Shown here one piece after another: positions 1-10,835 of a stretch of DNA of 64,000 bases. The notes below the pieces were generated by a model, which did no database searches, was not told where the DNA came from, and worked only from the letters and a program-made list of their open reading frames with translations. Positions within the stretch are counted from its first letter, which is position 1. Every line of letters starts with the position of its first letter. This stretch comes from Promethearchaeota archaeon (lineage in GTDB: Archaea > Asgardarchaeota > Lokiarchaeia > Sigyniarchaeales > SOKP01): NCBI GenBank assembly GCA_016839585.1, contig JAEOTZ010000050.1, positions 1 to 64,000 of the forward strand, read 5' to 3'. The translations under genes were made by a program, and so were the position numbers.

Positions 1-9
1 AGTATTTTT

Positions 10-363
10 ATGAATAAAAAAGAACTTGAAAAAAAATTAGCAGAATTAATGGATATAGTTCCTGAGTGTGAAGGTTTGATTGCTGCTGATTCACAAGGGA
101 AAGTAATAGTTGGTCAGACCATAACTGAAATGGACCATGGGAAAATTGCAAAGGCATGTGCCGCAATTGTCAAGGATTCTAATAATTTAGGAAACGACAT
201 TGGAAAAGGGGGTTTAAAAACTACAACTATCGAGCTTAAGAATGGCTTTGCTGTTTTAGTGGGTAGTTCAGATAAAAATGTATTAATTGCTCTAGCTGGC
301 CTTGATGGTAAAGCCTCATTAGGCCTACTTAAACGTAATTTGATTTCAATTTCTAATTTATAA
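10..363 (+). CDS. Roadblock/LC7 (MglB-like) domain protein
   Basis: 117 aa; helix, then EGLIAADSQGKVI, helix, TTTIELKNGFAVLV, VLIALA, terminal helix SLGLLKRNL: Roadblock topology. Confidence 0.8.
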   Translation: MNKKELEKKLAELMDIVPECEGLIAADSQGKVIVGQTITEMDHGKIAKACAAIVKDSNNLGNDIGKGGLKTTTIELKNGFAVLVGSSDKNVLIALAGLDGKASLGLLKRNLISISNL

Positions 364-408
364 TTTTACTTTTCTTATTAAAAAATAGTAATTTAGGTCA
401 GAAAAAAA

Positions 409-3400
409 TTATTTTTTAGCTTTTTTCTTTTTGTCATTTAGCCCTTTTTCTTCTAATAAAGAATCTAGATCAGTAACTTTTTTCTTTTTAACTTCCTTTG
501 GTTCTTCTATTTCTTCTGGAATTTTTTTAGGTATGGGAGTAAGTTTTTTAGGTTTTTTTGTTGGTTCTTTTTTCAAATCAGACACTAATACATATTTTGC
601 TTTTCTTGGTCTCTTTTTGGCTACTTCTTCAACTGGTGTTTCAATTTTCTTTTTAATTCTCTTCGCATAAAGTAAAGTTATGATCCAAATCAATCCAAAT
701 GAACCTATTATTAGAAAAATTAGATAATCAATAAAGTAATCATAGAAGGGAGGATCAAATACATTAAAAGTCGTTTGTTTGCTAACTGTAATATTTTCAT
801 TTGTTATGATATTTTGAGCAGTAATGGAAATTGAAATATTTAGTTTTTTAATTTCAGGTATTCCTATCTTAATTATCACAAGAGAAGATTCTCCAGGTGT
901 AAACCGATTTAGTGTTGTATAATCTATTTCTACGATTGAATATTGCAACCCATCATTGATCTGAATATCGATCTCATCGATCTCAATTTGCAAAATAGAT
1001 TCTCCGATGTTATTCAAAGTAATAGATATTGTTGTAGCTCTATTCTTATAGATAAGAACCTCATTTTTTTGAATTGATATTGAAAGATTATTGGATTGTA
1101 TAAATAAATTTATTGTTACATTTTTAGATACCCCATTTATTAATGAATCACCGTCCCAACTTAATCTTAGTAATATAGAATCTTCGAAATTGAGGGTCTT
1201 AGTATCAATTGAAAATGTTGTAGAACCATTAGTATCTGTAAAATCTGAATCAATATAAACCCATGAACTAGATTCATAATGATGGCAAGAAACATTTTCA
1301 TTTACCAATATATCTCCAAACTCTGTAGTTAAAACAGAGCTAAGATTAAAAACTTGTCCATTAATGGGAGTTTTAGGATCTATGATAATATTGTTAAATT
1401 TACTGTTAAGAATTAGGGAAAATTGATAATAAAATTGATTATATGAGCTTACATAATTTTTATCTATTATATTAATTAAAAAGGATGTTTTATCTGGTAG
1501 ATATAAGCATTCATCTCTCTCAAAACCATTTAAAATGTACCAGCTTGGAGTTTCTTCAGCAATTCTTAAAGCTATTATATTTCCATCAAAATTATTGCTT
1601 GTTTCATTACTAAGTAGTGAATAATAGCTACTTTCAAATATTCCTGCTATATTATTTCCAACAAAGATAGTTACCAATGTTTTAGCGCCCCCCAATCTAA
1701 CTGGGGCATTTACACCTTCCCACACTTTTGTAACAATATTCAATGATGGTATTGTCAAATCAATATCAAATTCATACGAATCATCTGGATGCCCTGAAAA
1801 ATTTAGGCTAACTGTACTTGAAGTTGCTTCCGCGATAATCCATTCTTCATTAATATAAGATACAAAACTGACATTTATAGATATATCAATAGGGATAAAT
1901 TCATGCATATTAGAGATTTTTGTTTTAATATTAACAACTTCGTCTGGGTTTAATATATCTTGACTTTGCATGAAAGTTTCAATTAAAATAGGTAATTCAT
2001 TACCTCCAATCTCATAAATAATTTGCTCATCTAAATCAGAATTATTAATAGGATAAAACCCAGGTTGTGAAATACCTGTTGTTTCATTTATAGATGCAAT
2101 TAACAAAGTATAGTTATCAAATACTTTATTATTTATCTTTCCACTAAGTATATTTTGTTTCTTAATTGATGAATAATTGCAATTATCTAATTCAAGGTCA
2201 TAATAATCGATGTAAATAGTAATTTTATTGCAGCCAACAGCAGAACCATTTTCCCAAAAATATCCTAAATGATATTCTCCATACTCAGAAATACCCGTAT
2301 CTACAGAAAAGATAGTTTCATTGTTAAAATCATATGAAAGTACAGAATTTTGAATAATTCCACTCCAAGATTCTCTTTGAGCAATTGGGACTCCATTTGG
2401 ATCAAAGAAAGTTACATTTGCATATCCATTTGAGGGATTTGGGGCATTTTGATGATTATCTTGTATATCAACACTTACAGTTATATCATCTCCATACATA
2501 AAACCATTTGATTCCCAGAAAATTCCTTTATAGTTAATATAACTATGCATTTCGGAAATAAAATTGAAACTTGTTAAATTCAAAGAATAAATACCTCCAA
2601 TATTAGCAACTGTTGCGTTTACAACAATCTTATTTTGCATATCGGTTAACTCAGATTCTCCTCCTACTTCAGGTAATATTTCTATACCACCAGGTTTTGT
2701 TAAGTTATTCGCAGTGAAATAATCATTATAAACGAACCAAAACTCTTTAAAATTCCAATTATTAAAATTTGGACTACCTATAATAAAAGTAAAATTGAAA
2801 GTCCATTTTGGAGCTTCACTATAACTTGCATAATAAGTGGATGTAGCACCTTCAACCCAATATGCAATTACAGAATATGAAACATTAAACTTGAAGCCCT
2901 TAATAATAGATTTATTCCATAACAGATCAACTTGGAATCGATCGATATTATCATCAATAGGTGTTGAAAATGTATAGTTCCATCGGCCTATACCCCATTC
3001 TAAATAAGGCGTTCTAGATTTATTTACAGCATTTTCAATAGAATAATCTTGGATTTTTAAACCATCTTCTCCAAAATCCGATGGCATATATCCTCTAGTA
3101 ACATTTAGTTTAAAAGAATTTGCATCTAATTGAGAAGTTAAAGTAGGAGGGGGCCCCGGTAATATTTCTTTTTTAGCATTTACCCAAGTAGAACCATCAT
3201 TTTCTGTAGTTTTTAGTTGGTGTTCTGTTCTATCATCTCCGAAATTGGTCCACGGAAGGGTGACTAAGCTATAAATCGGATTAGAAATGTTAGATTTAAT
3301 GACTATGAAATAATTGTATAATTCTAAATCCTTAGTATTATCCGTATTAAATGAGAAATAAGATAAGTTGTCCCCACTATAGCTAATTACAAAGGAATCG

Positions 3401-4527
3401 ATTAATGAAGCCATACTCATATTTGGTTGTATATTATATATCGTTCGTAAATTATTCCCAGTAGGATATAAATCAAAATCTCGAATTAAAGTTGCATTTG
3501 CCTTATAAAGTGTTATGTTTAATTCAGCATTATTTGCTTCTTGAATATCTAATGTACGAATCCAAGCATAAAATCCATTAACAGTTGACTTTTCTCCTTT
3601 CAAATCGAATTCTAATGCAACATATTCTTGATCTGTAATTGGTAAATCAAGGGGATAGATCGCTCGCATATCAAATTCACGCACTTCAATCTCAAAATTT
3701 CCAAGATCAGAACGTTCAAAAATATATTGAATATAAACGCTGGGTGTGGAGTCAATATAGTTTAAATTTGTATTGATTAATCGATTCTCAATTGTTTGAA
3801 TTATTGAATCACCTTCTACTGAAATTCCATCTACCACAGTCACCCAGCTAGAATGAAAATCATCATACATTCTAATAGTTAGGTTAGCATCTTGATCAAG
3901 ACTTAAAATCATAGATACGATAAAACCTAAGATTTTTGATCTATTAAAAGGCAAATTATAGTATGTAGATGATCTCCCCGTATAACCGGCATCAATTGTA
4001 AAATTTATTACACCAGAAGAAGCTTCAATCTTATAACTTGTATCTACATCATCATCTGTTAAATAATTAAAATTTCCACTTATATATGTTCCAATATTAA
4101 TATTTATACCGGAGTATGATGTGCTAGGATTAAATGTATAAGAGATAAAATCCTCTGCATAAAGGGCACTATCATCTTCTATAATATACTCTGTTGTATA
4201 ATTATTTTGAAATGTAAAATTAAAATCTCCAGACGTAAGATACATATCTGGTGAAGAGAGTGTTGGAATTTCAAAATACTCCTGATTATCATTGGTATTT
4301 TCAGACGTATTACTTGTATAAATTCGAACATTTTGATCGTCTCCAGCACCAATGAATGTTTCATCTATATCACTACTTAAAGGTAAGGTTTCTATTTCTT
4401 TATTCTCAAAATTATTATTTTCTTCTAAATTTAAATTGGTTAGAATTTGTATATTAGTTATAAATATTAAACTTATGAAAAATACTACGACAAAAATAAG
4501 CTTTATTTCTTTTTTACGTCGAATCAA
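409..4527 (-). CDS. Large single-pass cell-surface glycoprotein
   Basis: 1372 aa; N-terminal basic+hydrophobic signal, Asn/Ser/Thr-rich body with many N-x-S/T sequons, C-terminal TM (LIFLIIGSFGLIWIITLLYA) and Lys-rich tail. Confidence 0.75.
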   Translation of the reverse strand: MIRRKKEIKLIFVVVFFISLIFITNIQILTNLNLEENNNFENKEIETLPLSSDIDETFIGAGDDQNVRIYTSNTSENTNDNQEYFEIPTLSSPDMYLTSGDFNFTFQNNYTTEYIIEDDSALYAEDFISYTFNPSTSYSGININIGTYISGNFNYLTDDDVDTSYKIEASSGVINFTIDAGYTGRSSTYYNLPFNRSKILGFIVSMILSLDQDANLTIRMYDDFHSSWVTVVDGISVEGDSIIQTIENRLINTNLNYIDSTPSVYIQYIFERSDLGNFEIEVREFDMRAIYPLDLPITDQEYVALEFDLKGEKSTVNGFYAWIRTLDIQEANNAELNITLYKANATLIRDFDLYPTGNNLRTIYNIQPNMSMASLIDSFVISYSGDNLSYFSFNTDNTKDLELYNYFIVIKSNISNPIYSLVTLPWTNFGDDRTEHQLKTTENDGSTWVNAKKEILPGPPPTLTSQLDANSFKLNVTRGYMPSDFGEDGLKIQDYSIENAVNKSRTPYLEWGIGRWNYTFSTPIDDNIDRFQVDLLWNKSIIKGFKFNVSYSVIAYWVEGATSTYYASYSEAPKWTFNFTFIIGSPNFNNWNFKEFWFVYNDYFTANNLTKPGGIEILPEVGGESELTDMQNKIVVNATVANIGGIYSLNLTSFNFISEMHSYINYKGIFWESNGFMYGDDITVSVDIQDNHQNAPNPSNGYANVTFFDPNGVPIAQRESWSGIIQNSVLSYDFNNETIFSVDTGISEYGEYHLGYFWENGSAVGCNKITIYIDYYDLELDNCNYSSIKKQNILSGKINNKVFDNYTLLIASINETTGISQPGFYPINNSDLDEQIIYEIGGNELPILIETFMQSQDILNPDEVVNIKTKISNMHEFIPIDISINVSFVSYINEEWIIAEATSSTVSLNFSGHPDDSYEFDIDLTIPSLNIVTKVWEGVNAPVRLGGAKTLVTIFVGNNIAGIFESSYYSLLSNETSNNFDGNIIALRIAEETPSWYILNGFERDECLYLPDKTSFLINIIDKNYVSSYNQFYYQFSLILNSKFNNIIIDPKTPINGQVFNLSSVLTTEFGDILVNENVSCHHYESSSWVYIDSDFTDTNGSTTFSIDTKTLNFEDSILLRLSWDGDSLINGVSKNVTINLFIQSNNLSISIQKNEVLIYKNRATTISITLNNIGESILQIEIDEIDIQINDGLQYSIVEIDYTTLNRFTPGESSLVIIKIGIPEIKKLNISISITAQNIITNENITVSKQTTFNVFDPPFYDYFIDYLIFLIIGSFGLIWIITLLYAKRIKKKIETPVEEVAKKRPRKAKYVLVSDLKKEPTKKPKKLTPIPKKIPEEIEEPKEVKKKKVTDLDSLLEEKGLNDKKKKAKK

Positions 4528-4692
4528 TAAATCAACTGTAATATCTAATTTTTGATTATTAAATTAATTAAAAATATTAAAATTTCCTAAATTTTTTAAA
4601 TTTTTTAATTTGTTTTAAGTTATATCAAAATATTCTAAAGTTTCACAATATAACAAAAACTCAATTAAGAGATCAATATTATTAAAGGTTAT

Positions 4693-6054
4693 ATGACTGA
4701 AGAAAAAATTTTAAATGAAATTGATAAACATAGGGAAGATTACATCACCTTTTTAAGAGAATTAATAGCAACAGAATCCTATAATCCTCCTGGAAATGAA
4801 AAAAATGTTGCCTTAAAAATTGAAAAATATTTAAAGGACGTAGGTATAGGTTGTGAAATTTTTCCCTTTGGAGACAATAGAGCAAATTTAATCGCTTTTC
4901 TTAATGATAATTTCAAGGGAAAGAATCTTTTATATAATGCACATATGGATGTAGTTCCTCCTGGAATTGAAGAGGAATGGAAATATCCTCCTCTCTCTGC
5001 GTTTATTAAACGTAAAAAGTATATGTATGGGAGAGGGACAGTGGATATGAAAGCAGCATTAGCGGCGATGGTGATATCATTAACAATATTGGAAAAAATT
5101 GGGATTAAGACATCAAGAAATTTAATTGTAAACGCAGTTGCAGACGAAGAAACGGGTGGTACATTAGGAACAGGGTGGTGTTTGGAAAATATTCTAAAAC
5201 CAAGATCAATTAAATGTGATTTTGTTTTAATTGGAGAACCTAGTGGACTATCTCCACTCCCAAAAACAATAATTTTTGGTGAAAAAGGTCATCTTCTAAT
5301 AAAAGTAATAACAAATGGAAAATCAGCTCATTCTATGGTACCTTTTATGGGTGAAAATGCCATCTATATGATGAGTAAAATAATAGAAAATTTAGATACC
5401 CTGGATGAATTTGTTCCAAAAGTTGATCCACCACTTTCATTAGAGGAACTAAAGAAATTGATTAATAAAGTTTTTCCAAATGAAGAAATCTTTAATCGTA
5501 TATATAATGATCAGCCTTTATTACGAAACATAATGAAATCACTAACCTTATTTACTAAGAGTTTAAATATGATTGAAGGTGGTATTAAAGAAAATGTTAT
5601 TCCCGATCACTGTGAAGCGATCATTGACTTTAGACTATTACCCGGACAAACAGCAGGAATGATTTTAGAAGGTTTAAAAAAATTAATAGACCATATTGGT
5701 TTTGAAGTACAAGATATATCTTCAGATGTTCCAAAGGAAGTTTTTGTCTCTTTAGAAATTTATCATGATGGACCATCTTCAATCTGGAAAGAATATCATA
5801 AATCCGAAATGGTAAAAAAATTAAAGGAAGTTGTAGAAAAAGTTTATAATAGAGAATCTTTCTTTTTCATTGCTCCAGGAGCAACCGATGCCCATTTTTA
5901 TCGTAATAGTGGATATTGTGAAAAAACTATTCATTTTGGGCCTGGAAGTGCTAATGAAATGCATGCAATAAATGAGAATATCGAAATTCAAGATTATATT
6001 GATGCTATCAAAATTTACACATTATTTGGTTATAATTATTTAAATTATAAATAA
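4693..6054 (+). CDS. M20 family metallopeptidase (ArgE/DapE-like)
   Basis: NAHMDVVP, GRGTVDMK, DEETGG, GEPS, GKSAHS, HAINE motifs. Confidence 0.9.
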   Translation: MTEEKILNEIDKHREDYITFLRELIATESYNPPGNEKNVALKIEKYLKDVGIGCEIFPFGDNRANLIAFLNDNFKGKNLLYNAHMDVVPPGIEEEWKYPPLSAFIKRKKYMYGRGTVDMKAALAAMVISLTILEKIGIKTSRNLIVNAVADEETGGTLGTGWCLENILKPRSIKCDFVLIGEPSGLSPLPKTIIFGEKGHLLIKVITNGKSAHSMVPFMGENAIYMMSKIIENLDTLDEFVPKVDPPLSLEELKKLINKVFPNEEIFNRIYNDQPLLRNIMKSLTLFTKSLNMIEGGIKENVIPDHCEAIIDFRLLPGQTAGMILEGLKKLIDHIGFEVQDISSDVPKEVFVSLEIYHDGPSSIWKEYHKSEMVKKLKEVVEKVYNRESFFFIAPGATDAHFYRNSGYCEKTIHFGPGSANEMHAINENIEIQDYIDAIKIYTLFGYNYLNYK

Positions 6055-6105
6055 ACAAAATTTTCCTAATTTAATTCTTATTTAAATAATGGTATCGAAA
6101 AAAAT

Positions 6106-7287
6106 TTGCATGACTTTAAAATAGAGGATACAATCCTTCTTCTTGATACTTCAAGGTCTATGTTAAGAAGAGACTTTAAACCTAATAGACTTATAGTTGA
6201 ACTTCAGACAGCTAGAAATTTTATTCAATCCAAATTATCAATTGATTTAAAAGATAGGATTTCGATATTGACTTTTGGGGAAGCTCCTAAAATGGTAATC
6301 TCCTTTTCTTACAATTCAGATAAATTATTAGAATCTTTGACAAAAATTCAAATCTCAGGTAAAGGACGTTTACATGACGGATTAGCTTTTGCTATGCAAA
6401 TGCTTATTGAAGAAATGCGAAAAATAAGTGGTAAAGTGCCAAGGATTTTCATAATAAGTGATAATAAATTACAAATTGATCCTGTAAAGATAGAACAAAT
6501 TATTAATATTGCTAAAGGATTGGGAATATATATCGATGTTTGCCAATTAGGAATGACACAAGATTACCAATTGAGTATATTAGAAAGAATAACTAAGATT
6601 ACGAAGGGAAAATTTGACTTTTTCAATAATTCAAAAGAACTAATAAATGCTGGAAAATCTTACGCTTCAAAAAAAGAATTAAAAGATGAAATAGATTACT
6701 TTTCTCCTGATAAGCAAGATAAAATTCCCCCCTTGATTAGTGAAATTGCCCTTCCTTTGAGAAGACCTACTGTCTTAGAAATTAGTTTAATGATGAGTGG
6801 AAAAGATAGAAGTCAACAGAAATGCCAAATATGCCATTCACTTAAAGCTCCCATAACAGGATCAGACTTCTTTTCAGAAGGAAGATATTGCACATCATGT
6901 GGTAAACCTATGCATCTGTCTTGTGCTGCAATGTGGGCAAAAAAAACGGAATATACCGAAAAAGTATTTCGATGTCCCTTTTGTTTTTTTTTGTTAGAAT
7001 TGCCAAAATCTACACTAAAACTAGTAGAAGAAAAAGCTGACAGTGCTCAAAAAATAACAATATTAGAGGATAATATAAACCAAACTACAAAGATGTTATT
7101 AATTCCAGAAGAAAATGTAGATAGAATCGATCTATCATGCTCATATTGCCATAGTATCTTTTTAGGAGATTTTAAAGTCTATCAATGTGAAATTTGTCAT
7201 TCTTATTATCATGAACCATGTCTTGAAAAAATGAAAAATGAAATCAAAGCTTGCAGATATTGTGGTGCTAAAATTGCATTTGACTAA
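6106..7287 (+). CDS. VWA domain (Ssl1/Rpn10-like) protein with two C4HC3 zinc fingers
   Basis: LLLDTSRSMLRRDFKPNRL MIDAS; CxxC..CxxC-x4-HxxC..CxxC occurs twice. Confidence 0.75.
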   Translation: MHDFKIEDTILLLDTSRSMLRRDFKPNRLIVELQTARNFIQSKLSIDLKDRISILTFGEAPKMVISFSYNSDKLLESLTKIQISGKGRLHDGLAFAMQMLIEEMRKISGKVPRIFIISDNKLQIDPVKIEQIINIAKGLGIYIDVCQLGMTQDYQLSILERITKITKGKFDFFNNSKELINAGKSYASKKELKDEIDYFSPDKQDKIPPLISEIALPLRRPTVLEISLMMSGKDRSQQKCQICHSLKAPITGSDFFSEGRYCTSCGKPMHLSCAAMWAKKTEYTEKVFRCPFCFFLLELPKSTLKLVEEKADSAQKITILEDNINQTTKMLLIPEENVDRIDLSCSYCHSIFLGDFKVYQCEICHSYYHEPCLEKMKNEIKACRYCGAKIAFD

Positions 7288-7365
7288 ATCATTTTAAATT
7301 TCATTTATTTAAAATATTTAAGAGATCCTTCTTTTTATTAATCAGAACTGAGAGGTGAGTTTAAA

Positions 7366-9417
7366 TTGACTACGACTAACAAAACTAAATGGGTCATCAC
7401 TTCAGCATGGCCTTATGTGAATGCTATTCCACATTTAGGAACTATGATTGGAAGTGTTTTATCTGCAGACATATTCGCTAGGTATCTCAGATTAAAAGGA
7501 GATGAAGTTGTTTTTGTTTCAGGTTCAGATTCCCATGGAACTCCTGTAGCTGTAGCTGCTAAACAGCAGAATGTAGCTGTGGAAGAATTAGCTACGAGAA
7601 ACCATGAAATCACTAAAAATTTGTTTAAAGAATGGAAAATTTCGTATGATAATTATACAATCACCCATAATCCTACTCATATTAGATTTGTTCAAGAGTT
7701 TTATCTTGATGTTCAAAAAAATGGATATATCTTAGAAAAAGAGATTGAATCACTATATTGTGAAAAAGATAATCTCTTTCTCCCAGATAGATTTGTAGAA
7801 GGGATATGTCCGCATTGTGGTTTTGAAGATGCGCGAGGAGATCAATGTGATAACTGCCAAAAGTTATTAACACCTCTCGAATTAAAAAAACCTCGATGTG
7901 TGATATGTGATAATACTCCTGAAATTCGAAAGACAAAGCATTGGTATTTGGATTTTCCAAAATTACAAGATCGTTTGAAAAAGTTAATAGAAGATAACAA
8001 GATCATCCCTCAAAATGCAAGGCAGATGTGCTTAAATAGTATTGCAGAAGGACTTCCTGAAAGAGCAATTACGAGAGATTTAGAATGGGGTATTCCGGCA
8101 CCATTTAAAGGAGCTGATGATAAAACAATATATGTATGGTTTGAAGCTGTTTTAGGTTATGTCTCTGCTGTAAAGGAATGGGCAGATAAAATCATTAATC
8201 AACCAGAGAAATTTGATTACTTTTGGAAAGATGATAATACAAAAACAGTATATTTTATTGGAAAGGATAATATAATTTTTCATTTAATTGTATTTCCCGG
8301 CTTATTAATAGCTTACAATGATGATAAAACCGAGAAAGAGAAATTAGTCCTACCTTACAATGTTTCATCTACTGAATTTTTAATGTATGAAAATGATAAA
8401 TTTTCAAAATCTAGAGGAGTTGGAATATGGATTGATGAAGCACTAGAATTAGCTCCACTAGATTATTGGCGTTTTAATTTGATTTATAATAGACCTGAAA
8501 AAAGTGATACATCATTTCTTTGGTCTGAATTTGCCAATAACATCAAGACTTTAAATGATGTTATTGGAAATTTTATCCATCGAATATTGACGTTTTTAAA
8601 TAAACAATTCAAAAGTACAATTCCTAATAGGATAAGATTTGATGATCTTGATAAAGAATTTGTGACTAGGTTAAAATCAATAGGCAATTTAGTAGGTGAA
8701 TTATTAGACAATTTTGAATTGAGAAGAGCGTTAAGAGAAATTGTTAATTTTGGAAGAGATGGAAACGTTTACCTAAATAATAAGGCACCCTGGCATTTGA
8801 TAAAAAAAGATAAAAATGTTGCTGGACATGTTTTTAATTTATGTGCCCAAGCTGTTTATGCCTTGGCAATTTTATTAGCTCCATTCATTCCTGATACATC
8901 TGTAAAAATTCTAGATTATTTAAATATTCCAGAAAAATTAAATCAATTGTCATGGAATAGTATAAATGAGAATGCTCTTAAACAAGGGCATAAAATTAAA
9001 GTTCCAATGCCAATTTTCCAAAAATTAGAGATAAGTGAATTAAAAGAAGAACTAAGTCGAATTAGAAAGAATAAAGAAAAACAAGGTGTTAAAAATTTGG
9101 TTTCTTATGAAGAATTTAAAAAATTAGATATAAGGGTTGCTTTAGTTGAGAAAGTTGAAAAAGTTCCAAAAGCAGATAAGCTATATAAACTCTCTGTTGA
9201 TCTGGGAACTGAAAAAAGAACATTAGTAGCTGGATTAGCAGAACACTATAAAGCTGATGAATTAATTGGTAAAAAGATTGTTATTTTAACTAATTTAGAA
9301 CCAAGAAAATTAAGAGGAATTTTAAGTCAAGGTATGCTACTTGCTGCTGTGGAAGGTGATAAAGTATCTATACTAACACCGGATAAAGATTTGCCTTCCG
9401 GTGCCAAAGTTGAATAA
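7366..9417 (+). CDS. metG: Methionyl-tRNA synthetase with C-terminal tRNA-binding domain
   Basis: AWPYVNAIPHLG (HIGH), Zn knuckles, KFSKS (KMSKS), C-terminal OB domain (LEPRKLRGILSQGMLLAA); TTG start after GAGGTGA. Confidence 0.97.
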   Translation: MTTTNKTKWVITSAWPYVNAIPHLGTMIGSVLSADIFARYLRLKGDEVVFVSGSDSHGTPVAVAAKQQNVAVEELATRNHEITKNLFKEWKISYDNYTITHNPTHIRFVQEFYLDVQKNGYILEKEIESLYCEKDNLFLPDRFVEGICPHCGFEDARGDQCDNCQKLLTPLELKKPRCVICDNTPEIRKTKHWYLDFPKLQDRLKKLIEDNKIIPQNARQMCLNSIAEGLPERAITRDLEWGIPAPFKGADDKTIYVWFEAVLGYVSAVKEWADKIINQPEKFDYFWKDDNTKTVYFIGKDNIIFHLIVFPGLLIAYNDDKTEKEKLVLPYNVSSTEFLMYENDKFSKSRGVGIWIDEALELAPLDYWRFNLIYNRPEKSDTSFLWSEFANNIKTLNDVIGNFIHRILTFLNKQFKSTIPNRIRFDDLDKEFVTRLKSIGNLVGELLDNFELRRALREIVNFGRDGNVYLNNKAPWHLIKKDKNVAGHVFNLCAQAVYALAILLAPFIPDTSVKILDYLNIPEKLNQLSWNSINENALKQGHKIKVPMPIFQKLEISELKEELSRIRKNKEKQGVKNLVSYEEFKKLDIRVALVEKVEKVPKADKLYKLSVDLGTEKRTLVAGLAEHYKADELIGKKIVILTNLEPRKLRGILSQGMLLAAVEGDKVSILTPDKDLPSGAKVE

Positions 9418-9455
9418 AAGTTATGAGATTTTTCTTTTTTTTTCTTTTTTTAAAC

Positions 9456-10700
9456 TTATAATTTTAAGGAGAATAAAGGATTCAAGCGAGCAATAATTTC
9501 TCCAAGGTCCAATTGGATTGTTTTGAGAATTATATCACGCCCTCTATACTCAAATTGTAATTCTCTAACATTTCTAATAATTTTCAATCTACTTATATTT
9601 GATTTTAAAGAAGTAACAAAATATCTTTGATCTTTATATTCAAGTACATCTTGAACTTCTACAATATCAGACAAAAGATAGCCACCTCCGTGAGGTAATA
9701 TATCCGAATTCTGTAATAAATCTAAAAGTTCTAATTTTTCTGCTCTGTCTAAAAGATTTATATTCCTTAATGTTGTTTCAGTTAAATTTTTTTTACCTTT
9801 AAATAGATAAGCAGCAATATCTGGCCTAAGAGTCGTTGGAAATATATTAGAGGTTATAATTTCACAATTAGTGTCTGTACAATTGCTTCCTAAATACATA
9901 TTATTATAATCTTTTAGAAATTGATGGGGTTGATTACAAATAACCTTATAGCCATAATCAAACAAGTTATCAGCTATAATTTCTCTTTTTTTACTTGAAA
10001 ATTCTAGAGCTTTATTATTAAAATTTGAATATTCCGTTGCATCAGTGTCTAATAAAATGAATTGCTTTCCAAATTTAGTATCTTCTTCAATTGCTTTTTC
10101 TTTTAAGGTTTTCGATTTATCTACATAAAGACCTATCCCATATTTATCATCTCTAAATTCCGGAGCAGATCCATGAATCATAATTATATAAGGAGGAATG
10201 TCTATATCTGATAGATTTCTTGTTTCTAAACAATTAATAAAATGATTAGATATTCCATAATCCCAATTGATTAGGATATCATTATGGTAAAGTTCTTTAG
10301 ATTTTATATCATCGATCTTTTTGATTATTTCATATGGATCTGGAACCTCATTTATACCTCCAATGAGTATTCCACAGCAATTAGGTTTTATATTAAGAAA
10401 TATCAATTTTTCCTTGCCAGATCCCCAATTTAATCTTCCTCCATATCCTAAACCAGAGTTCCATCGAAAATTATTTCTTGAAATTGTCTCGTCTGGTGAA
10501 GAAATAAACGTTGTTTTAGGTTCAAATCCATATCTCTCTTGAATAATTTGAAATTGTGCTATTCCATATTTCATATTAGCTTTACACAATTGAGATGCTC
10601 CATCATTTAACCCAGTGGAAAAAATGAATTCTTGTGCTCTTTGTAATAAATCTGTTTTTGATAACTCCGAAATGTTTTGATAAAGGATTCTTGAGCCCAT
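9456..10700 (-). CDS. Divergent RtcB-family (RNA ligase-like) protein
   Basis: Ordered RtcB-like motifs SPD, NCCG, SNHF, IMIHGS, PHQ, LPHGGG, YRGRD, ARLNPLFSLK. Confidence 0.65.
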   Translation of the reverse strand: MGSRILYQNISELSKTDLLQRAQEFIFSTGLNDGASQLCKANMKYGIAQFQIIQERYGFEPKTTFISSPDETISRNNFRWNSGLGYGGRLNWGSGKEKLIFLNIKPNCCGILIGGINEVPDPYEIIKKIDDIKSKELYHNDILINWDYGISNHFINCLETRNLSDIDIPPYIIMIHGSAPEFRDDKYGIGLYVDKSKTLKEKAIEEDTKFGKQFILLDTDATEYSNFNNKALEFSSKKREIIADNLFDYGYKVICNQPHQFLKDYNNMYLGSNCTDTNCEIITSNIFPTTLRPDIAAYLFKGKKNLTETTLRNINLLDRAEKLELLDLLQNSDILPHGGGYLLSDIVEVQDVLEYKDQRYFVTSLKSNISRLKIIRNVRELQFEYRGRDIILKTIQLDLGEIIARLNPLFSLKL

Positions 10701-10835
10701 TTTTTTGAAATTTGCTTATTAATTAAATATATTCTACCTAAAATTATATGGAAAGTTTAATATATAAGATTAATGTTGTAACATTCAGAGTTCATAATAT
10801 TTTATATACGATATATCATCATAAATGTACTGATA

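Noticed and set aside
6089-6108. Possible frameshift joining ATG 6089 to the VWA gene across an A7 run
   Set aside because: The TTG at 6106 already precedes the whole domain; no evidence that an extension is needed.
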